DNA from: the human T2T-CHM13v2.0 reference genome, Homo sapiens
Assembly (NCBI RefSeq): GCF_009914755.1
Contig: NC_060929.1
Strand: one strand, 5' to 3'
Length of the DNA: 64,000 nt
Shown: positions 1 to 16,599 of the stretch, in pieces
How positions within the stretch are numbered: position 1 is the first letter of the stretch
How the letters are laid out: every line of letters begins with the position of its first letter
Notes under the pieces: model-generated
Told to the model about the DNA's origin: nothing
The model's database searches: none
Seen by the model: only the letters and a program-made list of their open reading frames with translations
Position numbers and translations under genes: made by a program

Positions 1-146
1 ATTGATTTAGAGAAAATGTAAACCACATTAATCTGGGTACCAGGAGATTAGAATTCTTGACTCAGACCTGTTATTGACTTATTTTTTAGGCATTTATTAA
101 TCCTTATCATGGCTCAGTTTTCCTATCTGGAAGTAGGGTTAGGAAA

Positions 147-270
147 TACATATATAATATTATATAACATTTATTTATATATAATATATATAAATATATT
201 ATTTATTATATATAAATTATATATTTTAATATACAAATAAAAATTTTATAACGTATATATAAAATTCACA
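147..270. repeat. AT-rich low-complexity / (TA)n tract
   Basis: Almost only A/T, with TA dinucleotide runs. Confidence 0.8.
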
Positions 271-750
271 GATATATTGCATGGAAAGTAAGAGAATAAA
301 GATGCTGTATTAATATAAGCTATTAGGTGTAGCAACACAGAAATATTAAAACTTTAATGCTTAGTTTCAATTTTTATAAATGTTTATTTATTTCTTAAAC
401 TTGTATTTCTAAGCCACGAATGCCTTGGGAAATGTAGCAAATCATTTACAAATTTCTGAGAAACAAATATGTAATTTTCATCTACCTATGATGGACTCTC
501 TCAATTACTATTTTGTAAGAAAAGACAAACTAACTTATAATTCCTCCCAAAGGTATTCTTGGTTAGGCAGCAGATGAGCTATATGTAGGAATATGGTGCA
601 ATCGAAATCTAATTATATTCATGTTCTTATTTGCATAGTTTTTTCCTGTTCAATGTCACCCAGGAACTACTAAGCATAAAAGAATCAGTATAACTTCTGG
701 CAACTGTGTTTTACAATCTCCCCTTTGCTCTCAACCAGCATAATTTTAAT

Positions 751-980
751 CAAAGGTTGGCAATCTATGGCCCACAGGCCAGATTTTACTCACCACACTG
801 TCTGTTTTTATAAATTAAGAGTTATTGTAACACAGCTGAGCCCATTCATTTATGTATTGTGTATGGTTTCTCTTGCAATGTAACAGGGAGTCCAGTGCTT
901 GTAAAAGATACTGTATGCACTGCAAATCTCAAAATATTTACTATGTGGCCCTGTCCAAATAAAATGTGTTGGTGCTTAGT
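751..980 (+). mobile_element. MER58A-like hAT-Charlie DNA transposon fossil
   Basis: ggttggcaatctatggcccacaggcc...cccattcatttatgtattgt...aaaatatttactatgtggccct matches recalled MER58A consensus blocks. Confidence 0.8.
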
Positions 981-1384
981 CTAAATCATCATTTTCTTAT
1001 TTTATAAAGCTATGGAGAGGCAGCATATTGTAATTGGAAGAAATACAGATTTAGTGTCAGAAACTCTTCTTCATACCCCAAACCTCAATTTCTTTATATA
1101 TAAAAAGACGACAAGTTAGCCTTGTTCTTTCCATAAACATGGAAGAACTTTAGAGTCTGGAAAGTTGTCTGTTGCATCTCTTGGACATAGGTAGCTAGAT
1201 ATTTAGGCCCCAATAAGCTCTTCCCCCGCCCATGAGTTACATAACTATGAGGTGGATCATGATGCTGTTTCTTTACCACAGACTGTTATATAGGAACCTG
1301 AAATAGGTTGTATGGAAAAGAAAATGATAAGGCAATAAAGCTCTATTTCATGAGCTATACCATCTGTAGAGTAGGCAAAACTGT

Positions 1385-2236
<852 letters not shown>

Positions 2237-2257
2237 AGTGAAACCTTAAGATAACAA

Positions 2258-2390
2258 TGAATGCATTTGAATACTGAATATGTGCCCAGGCCTTTGCATA
2301 TGCCCAAGATATATACATATGAATAAGGCACAATTTCTGTCCTTAACAAACATACAGCCTAGTGAGAAACAGAGTGAACACAAATTGTCA
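2258..2390 (-). mobile_element. L2 3' end fragment
   Basis: gcatttgaatactgaatatgtgcccaggc...atgaataaggcacaatttctgtcct is typical reverse-complement L2 tail. Confidence 0.55.
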
Positions 2391-3599
2391 ATAAATTTGT
2401 ATAGGTCTTATAAATAAATAAGCAAATGAAAACAAAACTTGCCACACATGCCGCTATTTAACTTCTTCAGTAGATTGGCTCTAAACCTTTCCTGTATTAT
2501 GGACACAGACGCTTGTAGACTCTTTCTCCTTCCATTTTTTTCTTCTTTTTGTATAGAATTGTCTATTTTTTTCGTTGGTCATAAATTTATTCTTTTGAAC
2601 TTAATGTCTTCTAATTTCCTGTTGTTATTTCAATATTAAAAGATTCCTTTTAATATGATAAATTGTTCTTGTAGTAAACATACACTTATTTCTCCAACTT
2701 CATATTTGTCATTTATTGTCCTGTTATATTTATTTGCCTACTTTAATACTTTCATTTTTATGTTTTTTTTTTTCTCAGACCTACTTAGTTTGTCATGACT
2801 CATCAATTTTCTGACATTTCCCATTAACTTTTAGATTTGGTGAATTTATATTTCCTGTCTCCATTTTATTTTGCAGTGTTTACTTTCATGAGATAACTTT
2901 ATCAACAGCATTCTTTCATTCTGTAGTTCTGGTTTTCATGTTTAGCATAAATGTTTCACCTTAAATTATGATTTTTAAAAAAACACAAGATCTCATGTAT
3001 GTTGCATTTCAATTCTAGTTACTTTACCTATGTGGGCCTCCGGTTACTCTGGTGTAAAATTTTGCTAACACCTACCACATACAGTATATCTAAAAATCAA
3101 GGCATATATTGTAGTAAAAAAAATCGTCATACTGTCAGTCATATTCATAGAGCTCTGCATGAGATAAACTCTTTGAGATACTCTAAGGTTTTAACTACAA
3201 GAGGGCAGCAGGAGAGCTGAGAGAATCCATTCTAAAACACTCCAGGAATATAATGCAGCCACTCTCAATGCTGGGGGCAAGACAGCATTACATCAGAAAA
3301 GACAAGATTTTCCTGGGCAAAGAAAAGTTGGGTTAAAACTGGAAAGCAGAGGCAATGCCCCAATGGCCCAGAAAACTGGCATCTAATCTGAGAGAGATAT
3401 GATACAGTTCGACAAGCTGACAGGTTATTTATAAAGCATAAGAAGCCTCCAGAATCTCACTAGAACTCATATTTTTTGTTCTACAGATGGAAAAGCCCTG
3501 ATGATAATCTCAGAATAGTTTAAGTCAGTGGTGAACTAAAGCTGTAGGAATGCCTATACCCAGATTAACTACATATCAGATTGATCCAGCCTCCATCTC

Positions 3600-5085
3600 T
3601 AGCAAACTGAAAGAAAATGTCATATATTTTCTGGAGGTAAATACTACATAATTCAGTCTCCACTGTTAAAAAAGTGACTAATAGTCAAAGAAGAAATAGT
3701 CAACAGAGAAAACATAGATGGCTTGATGACACAGTTATCTGACAATATTAGATAATAAGGAAACTAATGTATCTACAGGAAATGAACACATGCATAATAA
3801 CATATTGAAAATACATAAAAGAACCAAATGAAATTGTAGAAATGAAAAGCAAAATCTATTATCAGAAATGAATTTGTTAGATTTAACAACAGATTGAGCA
3901 GAGCAGAATATGGAATCAATATATTAATATTTGAAGACTGGTCAATAGAGTATATCCAAACTGAGAAAAAAGAGAAAAAATGAATTAAAACAAAATCAAG
4001 AGAAGAAAAGAGTCTGTGATCTGTGGAAAAATATCAATATGTATTTTGTTTGCATACTTGTAATCCTGAAAGGAAAGGAGAGAGATCATGGGTTACAAGA
4101 AATTTGTAAAGATGAAATGGTTAAGAATTTTCAAAATTAATCAAAGACCTCAACACACAAATCTAAGAGTCTCATCTAACTCCCCAACTTGGATAAATAC
4201 AACAACAAAAATCCCTGGGCACAAGTAGTCAGTCTGCAGAAAACTAAAGATAAAAAGCAAGTTTTAAAAGCAGACAGAGGGGTAAAAAGACATATTAAAT
4301 ACTAGGGTAGGGGTCCTTCTAACATCTTTACAAAGCTGAAAGAAAATATAGTATGAACCTAAGATTCTATACCTAGTAAAAATATCCACCCCAAATAAGG
4401 TGAAGTAAAGATGTTTCTGAACTGACAAAATGAAAAAAGTATCTGTTCCCAGGAGACCTGCACTACTAGAGGTTTTTCAGCCTGAAGCAAAACAACACTA
4501 GAAGGAATCGGGGTATCTTAGGAATAAAGATCAGTAGACACAGCATATGTAGAGGAAAATAGTATATATGTACATATGTATAACATTTATATAGAGACAG
4601 ATATTTAAATTTCTTTAACTATAAACTATTACAAATAATGTATAACTATGTATTGTAGAATTTATGTCATTTATATAAAAAGAAGAAATACACCATTGTA
4701 AAGTCTTTACACTGTTTGTGAAGTAGCATATTACTTGAAGAGAAAAATAAAAGTGTGCATTACTAGAGAAAGACATGCATAATGTAAGGTGGAATAGATC
4801 CAAAGTCAAAACAGGAGATGAATATTGAGAAAATAAGCAGATGAATATTAAGAAATAAGCACTTTACATGAAAGAAGTCAGGAAAGGAAGCACAGGGACT
4901 AAAGCACATGTGTGAATATAAAACACATAGCATAATAAAAGTATTAAACCCAACCATAGTGACCACTATATTTAATGTGATGGACTAAACACAAGTCAGA
5001 GATTATCATACTGGTTAAAAAGCAAGAACAAATACACTTTCTTTTTTTTTCTAAGGCATATTAAAATAAACATGTTAAGCAAAAC
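3600..5085 (+). mobile_element. Ancient L1M ORF1 and start of ORF2, degraded
   Basis: A-rich ORF1-like blocks (gaaccaaatgaaattgtagaaatgaaa; aagattctatacctagtaaaa), then ORF2 start-like aacccaaccatagtgaccactatatttaatgtgatggactaaac. Confidence 0.7.
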
Positions 5086-5092
5086 ATAGATG

Positions 5093-6335
5093 AACTTCCA
5101 GGTTCAGTACCAACGGAGGAAGAGCTTAGAAGTCAGCACTCTCATTCTTAAACAGCTGGAAAAAATGAAAATCAGTTCTTTTTCTTGGACTCATCAGAGC
5201 ACTGAGGTGGCAGTGCAAATCCACCCCAAAATGTGGAAATTCAGAGTCATCCAGAGAAAATCAGTCAAGATCATAACTTCTTCCCTGGAGTAAAACAGCT
5301 GTAAACTGGCTGGAACATATCAATGGTAACTCTAATTGATGTAGGCTGGTGTGGAAGTGAAGCATGAGATTGGCAGAAAGTATGGAAGTGCCAAAACAAA
5401 ACAAAACAAACAAACAAAAAAACACAACAAAAACCCCAGCCAAACAACAGCAGAAAACCTACAAAGAGTGGGTATTTTAAAGGAAAATAAGAACCAAATA
5501 AAAGAGATGTGAACGCCAAGGCTGAAACAATTTGAACACTAAAGTAGCATAAAATAAATATTCCGTTCATATGGATGTAAATAAATAATTGCATAAGTAC
5601 ATACATAGGGGAGAGAAGAGACAACTTTCCCATATAGGAAATTCCAAACAATTTATATAGGTACTCTGCCCTAATGGAGGTAGAGAACACCTCCCCATTC
5701 CTTAAATGTGGGCTGCACACAACGAATTCATTCTAAAGAACCCAGTATGGAAATGGTGAGGAGGGGAGGAAAACAGAAACTTTACAGTGAAGAAACTTGA
5801 GAAATACCATCTCAAGAATGTGATCCAGGCCACATTACTCAGCAGTGATAAATTTTGTTAATAATATATACTTCTGATTTTATGTAATAAAAATGACCCA
5901 TACCTTCTGCAATCTTCCTACCAGAAACCTGTAACTCCAGCGTAATCATAAGTAAAGCTTTAAACAAAACACAACTAAGGACATTCTGCAAAATAACTGA
6001 CCAGTAATCCTTGAAACTGTGAAGATCATCAAAAACAAGAGAAGTCTGAGAAACTGTCACAGTCAAGAGTCACCTAAGAAGACGTGACTATTAAATGTAA
6101 TGTGCTGCCCTGTCTGGGATTCTGGAACAGAAATGGGATAAGAAAAAATTAAGAAAAATTGGAAAACTATAGATTGTAGTTAATAATGTATCAACAGTAG
6201 CTGATTATGACAAACGTGCCATACTAATGTAAGAGAATAATGAATGAGAGAAAAGGGTGATGGTTATATAGGAACTCTATACTATCCTTGCAATTTTCTT
6301 GTAAATATAACTACTCTGAAATAAAAAATATATAT
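5093..6335 (+). mobile_element. L1MC-type element: putative 5' terminus joined to L1MC3-like 3' UTR
   Basis: 3' UTR blocks aaactgtgaagatcatcaaaaacaagagaagtctgagaaactgtcacag...ggaactctatactatccttgcaattttcttgtaaat; first ~200 bp resemble a recalled L1MC 5' end. Confidence 0.7.
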
Positions 6336-6464
6336 ATTTAAGACAAAAAGGATGAGAAGACAGTAGATTTTTTCAGAATGTTCTGATCAAATGGAAGGAG
6401 TGGGAACCTGGCTATAAGGAAAGAGAAGACATAATCACAGACCAAATGAATAAAAAAGATAGCT

Positions 6465-6772
6465 GGCCAGGTGAGGTGGCTCATGCCTGTAATCCAAGCA
6501 CCTTGAGAAGCTGAGGCAGGAAGATCGCTTGAGTCCAGGAGTTCAAGACCAGCTTGGGGAAACAGGACGAAACCCTGTCTCTACCAAAAAAATACAAAAA
6601 TTACCCAGGCATGGTGGCGCACCCCTGTAATCCTAGCTATATAGGAGGCTGAGGCAGGAGAATCACTTGAAGCCAGGAGGCAGAGATCAGAGTGCACTGA
6701 GATCCCACCACTGCACTCCAGTCTCAGCTACAGAGTGATACCACATCTTGAAAAAAAAGAAGAAGAAGAAGA
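6465..6772 (+). mobile_element. AluJ, full length, (GAA)n tail
   Basis: Dimeric Alu with J-type ggaagatcgcttgagtccagg; aagatag on both flanks. Confidence 0.92.
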
Positions 6773-7314
6773 AGATAGGTTGGGTGAGATCCATAGAAAC
6801 ATTTTCCTTCAGTTTCCCAGATGTAAGAACTATTTTTAGCTTTACACTAAAAATTTGAATCAAAGTTGAAGCAGGAAAAAGAATGGCTAACATTCATGCT
6901 GCCCATGAATGTTTGTCAACTCAAACCGAAACACTGAGATTTTCTACCCATGTCTTGTCTAGTCATAAAGGAATAGATGCTATGTGTACAAAGGTCCAGC
7001 TTTGGAGAAGAAATCCTACACCTTTTGGCACGTAGTGAAGAAAAACTCTTTTTCCTAAATAGAATACCTTTATTTTTGTTTGTTTTTCAGCCAGGGGCCA
7101 TATTTTCTTATAACCTCAGTGAGGGTGCAGACATATGTAGCCCAAATCAAATTCTATTACGATAAACCACAACTAAAATGTATGAAAAGCAAAAACATGT
7201 TCAGTTTTTCAGTATAATAAAATAGAGTATATCATTAACAAGAAAGAAGACATAAAATGTAAACCTTAAACATAAGAAAAATGGCATAAGAGGATTCAAA
7301 AATAAATAAAAATC

Positions 7315-7605
7315 GTCAAAACAAAGAATACACTAGAAACAAAGTACAATATTTCCTGATAATAAAAGGATCAATTCACCAAGAAGATGTTAACATTTTA
7401 AATTTTATATACCTAATAACAGAACTTCAGAATACACATTGTAACAATTTACAAAACTAAAGGAAGGAATAGACAAATTAACAAATATAGTTGCAGACAT
7501 TGGCATTCCTTTTTGAGTTTTTGGTAGAATATGAAACAGAAATAGTTAGTAAAGATGAAGTTATAAACACAATCAACCAACTTGACATAGTTTAGATTTA
7601 AAGAA
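7315..7605 (+). mobile_element. Ancient L1M ORF2 endonuclease-region fragment
   Basis: ataataaaaggatcaattcaccaagaagat encodes IIKGSIHQED; continues the element at 3600-5085. Confidence 0.7.
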
Positions 7606-7607
7606 CA

Positions 7608-7880
7608 TAAGTACTGTCTCTGTGTGTCTCCTATGTTTTCAAGCTCAATGCAAAGGGCACTGTCATCAACAAATAAAGTACTTTTGAAAGCAAGGAGAAG
7701 AGACCAAACCAGCAATGTATCTTTTCCTATGCTTCTTATTTGCTGTCTCTGGCTATTCCATGTTCTCCCCGACACAAGCTTCCTACTTTCTCAACCCCAG
7801 TGAGACAGGCCCATTTGTTATCAGTGACCTTAATGAATATCCATCCAGTCAGTGTCAGAGATTTTCCACTTAAGGAACTA
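7608..7880 (+). repeat. Local duplication, copy A (paralogous to 11163-11437)
   Basis: Direct alignment by eye, about 85-90% identity over ~273 bp. Confidence 0.95.
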
Positions 7881-7894
7881 TATAAATTCCCTAA

Positions 7895-8330
7895 CAAATT
7901 TCAGGATTAGTTTGTAAGTTTCCAAAGAACAGTTTAGGTTTTGATTGGAAATCAAGTTTTAAATTAATTTGGGGAATAATGTATATTTTGATTATACCTT
8001 TTGGCCTTCTCATTTATATTATTTTAAATATTTTGGTCTCCTTATATGTTCTTAATTAGTTTGTAACAGGTGGTTACAACATTTGTTTGATTTCTTTCTA
8101 CATAGCTTACAGATTTTTGTTACTATTGTGAATAGAAAATGTTATATTTTAAATGAGATTACTTTTGTATAAAAACACTACTGATTTTTGTGAGGACTCA
8201 TGTTAAACAACCTTGCTAAATTATCTTTTTAGTTATATTTTCTATGTTGATTGAGAGAGGGTTCAATGTAGGTATTTTGTCTAAAAATAAGAGCAATTTG
8301 GTTGGTTACTTCCTGATTTTTATGCCTTTT
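7895..8330 (-). mobile_element. Ancient L1M ORF2 fragment, minus strand
   Basis: ttttgattggaaat...attaatttgggga...ttttgttactattgtgaatag...ctactgatttttg...caaccttgctaaa. Confidence 0.65.
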
Positions 8331-8774
8331 ATCCACGCAATTCTCCAGAGTTTAAGTAGGGGGTATGTCTAAATCGTGAAGCCAATATGCCATCTTAAAT
8401 TGCGCCTTTTTTGATTACTTGCCCAAGTAAAGCATAGGACCAAGTGTGGCAGGCCCCACAGGAAAAGAGTGAAAAAGAGTTTTAGGAACAAAATACAAAT
8501 TCCCTGTTTTAAATGCAGATCTTAATTATCATTAAAAATTTTATCAAGGCAACAGGAGAAAGCTGAGGATTAGCTTCCTGCAAACCATTGTTTTTCTTCC
8601 TAAGATGGTGAGAAATTATCATAGGTACATGATTTCTTGAAGAGTTATATATACATTATATATCTTACAATATATAGTATATTGTTATATATCTTAAGAA
8701 CCTATATAATAATACATCATAATATATAGCAGAAGTAGCAGAAGACGATAGATGCCCAAATCTGAAAGACGATT

Positions 8775-9084
<310 letters not shown>

Positions 9085-11162
9085 TTTTTTTTTTTTTTTT
9101 TTCATTATAATCAATAGAGTCCACTTCTTTTATTTGCGCTACTTCACTCTCTGCTATATGCATTTGAATATTCTAATCCTCTTGTAGAGTTTTCCTATAG
9201 CATTTCTCCCAACAAACCTCTTCCTTTCTAAATATTTACAACCCAATTTAGTGGCAGCATGTAGTCTTTTGATATTGACCCAATTTTGATAGAATATCCA
9301 ATTATCCAACAACACTACACACATTTTCCCAGCTTCCTTCCTAGATTTTCAGTCTCTACTCCATCCTGGTTTAACCAATTTTTTGTATCACTACCTCCTT
9401 AGTGAGTTCTGCCCCTGTCCAGCTGACCAAGCGGAAATCCTGAATGTACTTTGGCCCTTATATCCTGGTTATCAATGGCAACCTAGCAGATCCAGTTCAT
9501 TCAAATAGCAGCTGCAGTTTAACTCTATATTTCATAAGGTTGATAGACCTGCTTTTTGGATGTGGAACCTCTAGTGTTAATCCCAGTTTGTCTCATAGAA
9601 TGTGAATTCATGGAGACCTCAAGCATAAGGTAACTTTTCTCATGAAGTTATATATTTTGCCTGCTGTGTATTTCATACAAAGGGATTGTTTCCACACCAA
9701 CTTTTCACTTAAATTTAATCTCATCCCATTATCTCCTTCAAATATGTTCAGTACTTATGGTTTCCACCTGCTATCTATTTGTAGACTGTTACCATTTTCT
9801 TACTTTGTTGTTCCTTAGAACTTGCAAAAATCTTCGGTATCTTTAACCTTGTTTTAAATCATTCCCTCTCTTCTCTTTCCCATAATCTTATCCATTGCTC
9901 CTCTCTGAAGTTCCTATGTGCGTACACAGCTCTTAGGTAATGAGTGCCAAGGCTAAATATGGCGAACCACAATCATTCTCAACAGCCATCAAGAAAGAGA
10001 GAGTCCATTTCATCCCAGCTCTATGATGTGAAGCCCTTTACATTTTCTTCCAAATAATAATGGGATCATTTAACTTCCTGTCCCTCTACATTGTTTTAAA
10101 TCATTTACTACACAAGTCTCACACTAGATAGCTTTTTTCTTTCTTTTTTCTTTCAACTTTCTGACATTTATTAAACAGAAAAAAAAATTTTACCCTTCTC
10201 ATGTCTCCTCTCATATTAAGTCTTATATATTTTAATGTATTCACATTCACTTACTATAAATACGTTTACCAGTATTGTATGGTCTTTGGTGTCATACCAA
10301 ACAAGTTATAAATAATAAACTTATATTTTGTTTGTTGAATAAGTTTTTATCTCAGGAAGACACCTACTGGACTTCATACAAATAATATTTTCCATAAAAC
10401 CATAAATATTAGAAAGCAAAATATTCACTGGAGCCTATATTCTAGCTTCATATATTCTTGCACACTTTTGAAATATGATGAATGGGTCAGTTTATATCTT
10501 TTGAGGCTTATTTAAACATTTTAAAGACATAAATAGAAACTAACTTAAAAGAGTTCAATTAAATCTTAAATGTTTCATATATTGGTATTAATTTGCATTA
10601 TATTTTCTATTCTTAAGATTCCATTTGAAAAGATACTCTCCCTCTCCATTATAAATATCCTAAAATACTATATGACAGTTTGTAAGCCTCTGTTAGACTT
10701 GTCACATCCTACTATAAATCTTAAGATATTCCTTTAAAATTCTGAAATATTTTAATACCAAGTAAAGCTAAAACAATGATTACTGCTTGTAATAACTAAA
10801 TGGATTGTAATTGATTTTTCTATTTAATATCTAATCAAGCTAATTATATTATCTTTGTCTCTAAGGTAAACACTTTTTAACTTATTGTCATGTGATACTT
10901 GTTTATTTTAGAGGTGCTCTCTCTGTCTTTGGAAAATTTTTTCATTATTCAGTTTTCTTAATGTGTAATTTTCTCTTCCGGAGACCTAAAAAATACCTTC
11001 AAGGAATTTACAAGAAAATGTTATGGTCAATTTTAATAAATTAGTGAGCCGCTTTAAATCATTTAATGTAACATGCTAATAAGAAAAGACTACTTTGAAG
11101 AACTATGATGCTAGCTAGGTTTGGGTAGAGGCGGATCTGAAGTTTATAACGAAAGGAGGAAG

Positions 11163-11437
11163 TAAGTAGTATCTCTCTGCGTCTCCTACCTTCTCAAGCT
11201 CAATGGCAAAGGGCACTGTCGTCAACACATACAATACTTTTGAAGAGCAAGGAAAAGAGACCAAACCAGCAACACATCTTTTCCTGTGCTTGTTATTTGC
11301 GGTCTTTGGCTATTCCATGCTCTCCCTGACACAAACTTCCTACTTTCTTAACCTTAGTGTGACAGGCCCATTTGTTATCAGTGAACTTAATGAACATCCA
11401 TCCAGTCAAGGTCAGAGATTTTCCACTTAAGGAACTA
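11163..11437 (+). repeat. Local duplication, copy B (paralogous to 7608-7880)
   Basis: Shared blocks such as gacaggcccatttgttatcagtga and gtcagagattttccacttaaggaacta. Confidence 0.95.
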
Positions 11438-11560
11438 CAGATTCTACAGGACCACCAGATGAACATTTTTCCTTTCTTCCAGATAAAGGGGAAATGTTTG
11501 TTCCTAAAGATGGTAAGATAATTAATATATAAAAACAAAACAAAACAAAACAAAACAAAA

Positions 11561-11855
<295 letters not shown>

Positions 11856-11999
11856 TATCCATTTTTTCCTTTGAAAACAACTTGAAGTTAAAACCTTATA
11901 ACTTGATTGTTTTATTGGCTAATATTATAAGTTAATTTGCAAGTTAATTAAAAAGATAACATTATTAATTGATAAGTTACCATTTTTGGAATCAACCAG

Positions 12000-12198
12000 C
12001 ATGGAATTATTTTCATATTCTACCGTTTACTAGCTTCTATGTCTAAGTTTCTTCACCTAAAACTGGGAACAGTTGTACTCCTTACCCTAAGGTTGTTTTG
12101 AAGAGTAAATGAGATGGTATTTACAAAGTGCTTAATTTAGTATCTGCAACATAGTAATCTTTCAATACATGTCAACTCTTATTAATTGTTATTGTTAT
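12000..12198 (+). mobile_element. MIR fragment
   Basis: agtttcttcacctaaaactggg...ggttgttttgaagagtaaatgagat...aaagtgctta...acatagtaa. Confidence 0.7.
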
Positions 12199-12426
12199 CT
12201 CAGAGTTGTTTTTATATAGTCACCAAAGGGCATTTTAGGATTACATTGTGATGTATTAGATATTTGTTTCATTCCTGGGTATATTATTTCATATGTAATA
12301 GTAGTAAATATAAATTATAGATAAAGATCATTTGCAAATAGGAAATCAAGGTAGTCATATTTCACCATTATTAATGCAGTACTAAAATAAATGACAAAGT
12401 AAAGCTTAGCAGGAACATGTAGGTTC

Positions 12427-13832
<1,406 letters not shown>

Positions 13833-15229
13833 TCAAAAAGAGTCAAACCATAGTTACAGGCTATTGGGTAGCTAACTCAGAAATTAAAAAGTGTGGTAAG
13901 TATTCAAGATCCTCATTTCAAGCACTCTACAAGCAAAGCAGACATTTAATGAAACAAAAAGATTGAATGCACTTTCTAAAATAGGATTATACATAATAAC
14001 CACAGAAGATACTAGAAATGACACATTACTGCATTGGGTAAGTGTAGTACTAAAATTCTCCAGATAATACTTACTTAATTACGGGCATTTGCTGATTAAA
14101 GATTAGTCACTTTAGATGGGAAAAAAAGTCTGTTAAACTGTAAATGTTACTACCTGTCTACGAAATTATCCTTTTATTGTAGTAAGTTATTTTAGAGTAT
14201 TATTGCAACTTTAGGGATAGAAAGAAGACATTACTCAGACTATGGCTTTCAGACTAAGACTCAAAAAGGAAAGGAAATAATATCTCAATTTATTACATAT
14301 TAAAGGAACTATATAGGTTACTTGACATCTGGATAAAAAGAAGAAAAATGCTGGCTAACGTAGTATTAATCCATGATCATAAAGAGGGATCTGCCATTTA
14401 TTATGTTAATTCGTGCCAATTGATGAAAGGATTGGATATAATATATATCTCTCTCCAGACAAGTATGACAATAGGAAATGTGATCATGCCATGTTTGCAG
14501 GTATAACAACATGTTAGGATAGGCAAAGGGGTAATATGAGAGGTGATTTGATTTAGTGAACTCCAAATGACTTTGGAGACTACACATGAAATTTTGATGA
14601 GTGGTCACAGCTTGGATAGAAGAGCCAAAGATCATACTTTGAGCTGCTTGTGTTTCTTTCTCTTATGCTATCAAAAGATGCATTTAGTCTCTCAGAGAGA
14701 AAATTCTCATTGAAGTGAAAGTTAATATATTAAATAATGTAATACCAGTGATTGTAAACTCTCATTTGTTAACTTTAATATGTCATTCTTCTTAATGTAG
14801 AAAAGAGACACTTATTTTTCCTTTGTTCTTTACCAAATGAATTATAATTTTTGTAAGATCTGCAGGTTGGCAAAGCACAAATAATATGATGTATAGAGAT
14901 ATTTGCTTTAAAAAACCAAATGAAAAGATTAACTGAGTGATAACTGGAAAACATAATGTAAAGGCATAAAAATGTGAGTATTTTCAAAACTCTGGTCATA
15001 TAAGAAAAGTACTTCAATTAATTGAGAAAAAGGTTAATGATAAAAGAAATGATATATAATATTGTATTCCATCAAAATAGTCGATGACTTCCAAGACAAA
15101 AATCTGCCTCCAACACAAAAATCTAAATTGCTTACAACAGTTTAGATTTACATGCCTTCTACCATTTCCCTAATCAAGTAACTTATTTGAGGAAAACTGT
15201 TTAATGTAGTGTTCCTAGGAATATTCTGC

Positions 15230-15530
15230 ATAAATCCTGATTTTAGGGTTTCCCTGCACTTTCTATCTTTTCCAGAATGTCCCTCATTCTTCTCCGTGCT
15301 TAGCTAAAATGTAACTTTTCTTCACAATGCAAGTCAAAACTCATTTCATCTTTAAAGCCTTTCTCTTCATCTCATCCAATGGGATTCTTTTGTTCTTTTG
15401 ATTTCCCCTAGAATTTATTAAGGTCTGAAACTAGTTCTAGGATAAGGAACTTGAAGAAATTGAACTTGGAGTCTGACATTTACCACTATGTTTTGTATAG
15501 AGTAGACACAAAATAAGCATTTTGTAGGTA
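15230..15530 (+). mobile_element. L2 fragment
   Basis: ccagaatgtccctcattcttctcc...tcatttcatctttaaagcctttctc resembles L2 3' region. Confidence 0.5.
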
Positions 15531-15532
15531 AA

Positions 15533-16106
15533 TTTATTAGTCGGGGTGCTCCAGGGTAATAGAACCAATAGGAGATTGGAGAGAGAGAGAGAGAGAGAGA
15601 GAGAAACTGATGATTGGAATTGGCTTATACAATTATAGAGACAAAGAAGTCCTACCATCTGCTGTCTGTCAGCTGAGCAACCAGGAAGGTCAGTGATGTA
15701 ATTCAGTCTGAATCCTAAGACCTCAAAACCACCAATGGTGTAATTCCCGGTTAGAGTTTCAACACTTGAGAACCCACGGTTGAGAGAGAGTACTGATGTG
15801 AGTACTGGTGTAAGTACTGGAATCTGAAAGCTCTAGAAACAGAAGAGGGGCAGGAGAAGATAGATATCCCAGGTCAAGAAAAGAGAGAATTCACTCTTCC
15901 TATACCTTTTTGTTCTATCTGGGCCTTCATCAAAATGAATGATGCCCACCTACCTTGGTGAGAGTGATCTCTTTACTCAGTCTACTAATTTAAATGCTAA
16001 ACTCTTCTGGGAACACTCTTTCAGACACACCTAGAAATAATGTATTACCAGCTATTTGGGCATCCCCTAAGCCCAGTCAAGTTGACAGAGAAAATTAGCC
16101 ACCACA
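15533..16106 (-). mobile_element. MLT2B-type solo LTR (ERVL)
   Basis: Starts tttattagtcggggtgctccag, ends caagttgacagagaaaattagccaccaca; 5-bp TSD gtaaa/gtaag; internal (GA)n. Confidence 0.88.
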
Positions 16107-16599
16107 GTAAGAATGTTGCTATTGATTAAATGAAATATGATAACATTTTATATACAGATATGCTATTTGCAGGACATTCTTCAAGGAACTGTTCCTTGGT
16201 AACCCTAGAGAATCCCAAAGCCAACCATATATGGATAATATTTCTATCACTCTAAATCCTACTATAAGAATTGTACTATATTTCTTTAGAAGATTTAATA
16301 ATAGAATTTTAGTAAATAAATGTAGTATATCTATTTATAAAGCATATGATGAGAGATTTTTATTTTCTAGGTGCCAAAATAGGTACAATTTGAGAAAAAT
16401 ACATCAATAACTACAGAATAGTCAATTATCGTTCTATTTTCCTTCAAAATAACATTGTCTTCATTTACTTTTGAACTACCCTATATTAATAATACTGCAG
16501 ATAGAGAATGAACAGATTAGAAGAAGTATTAGACTTTCTGACAATAATTTAAGCTATTTCCTCTAGTGGAGGCAACTATAGTAGACAAAGGTATATCTT

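Noticed and set aside
5271-5720. 149-aa hydrophobic ORF resembling a membrane protein
   Set aside because: Antisense reading of A-rich L1MC 3' UTR and an (AAAC)n tract
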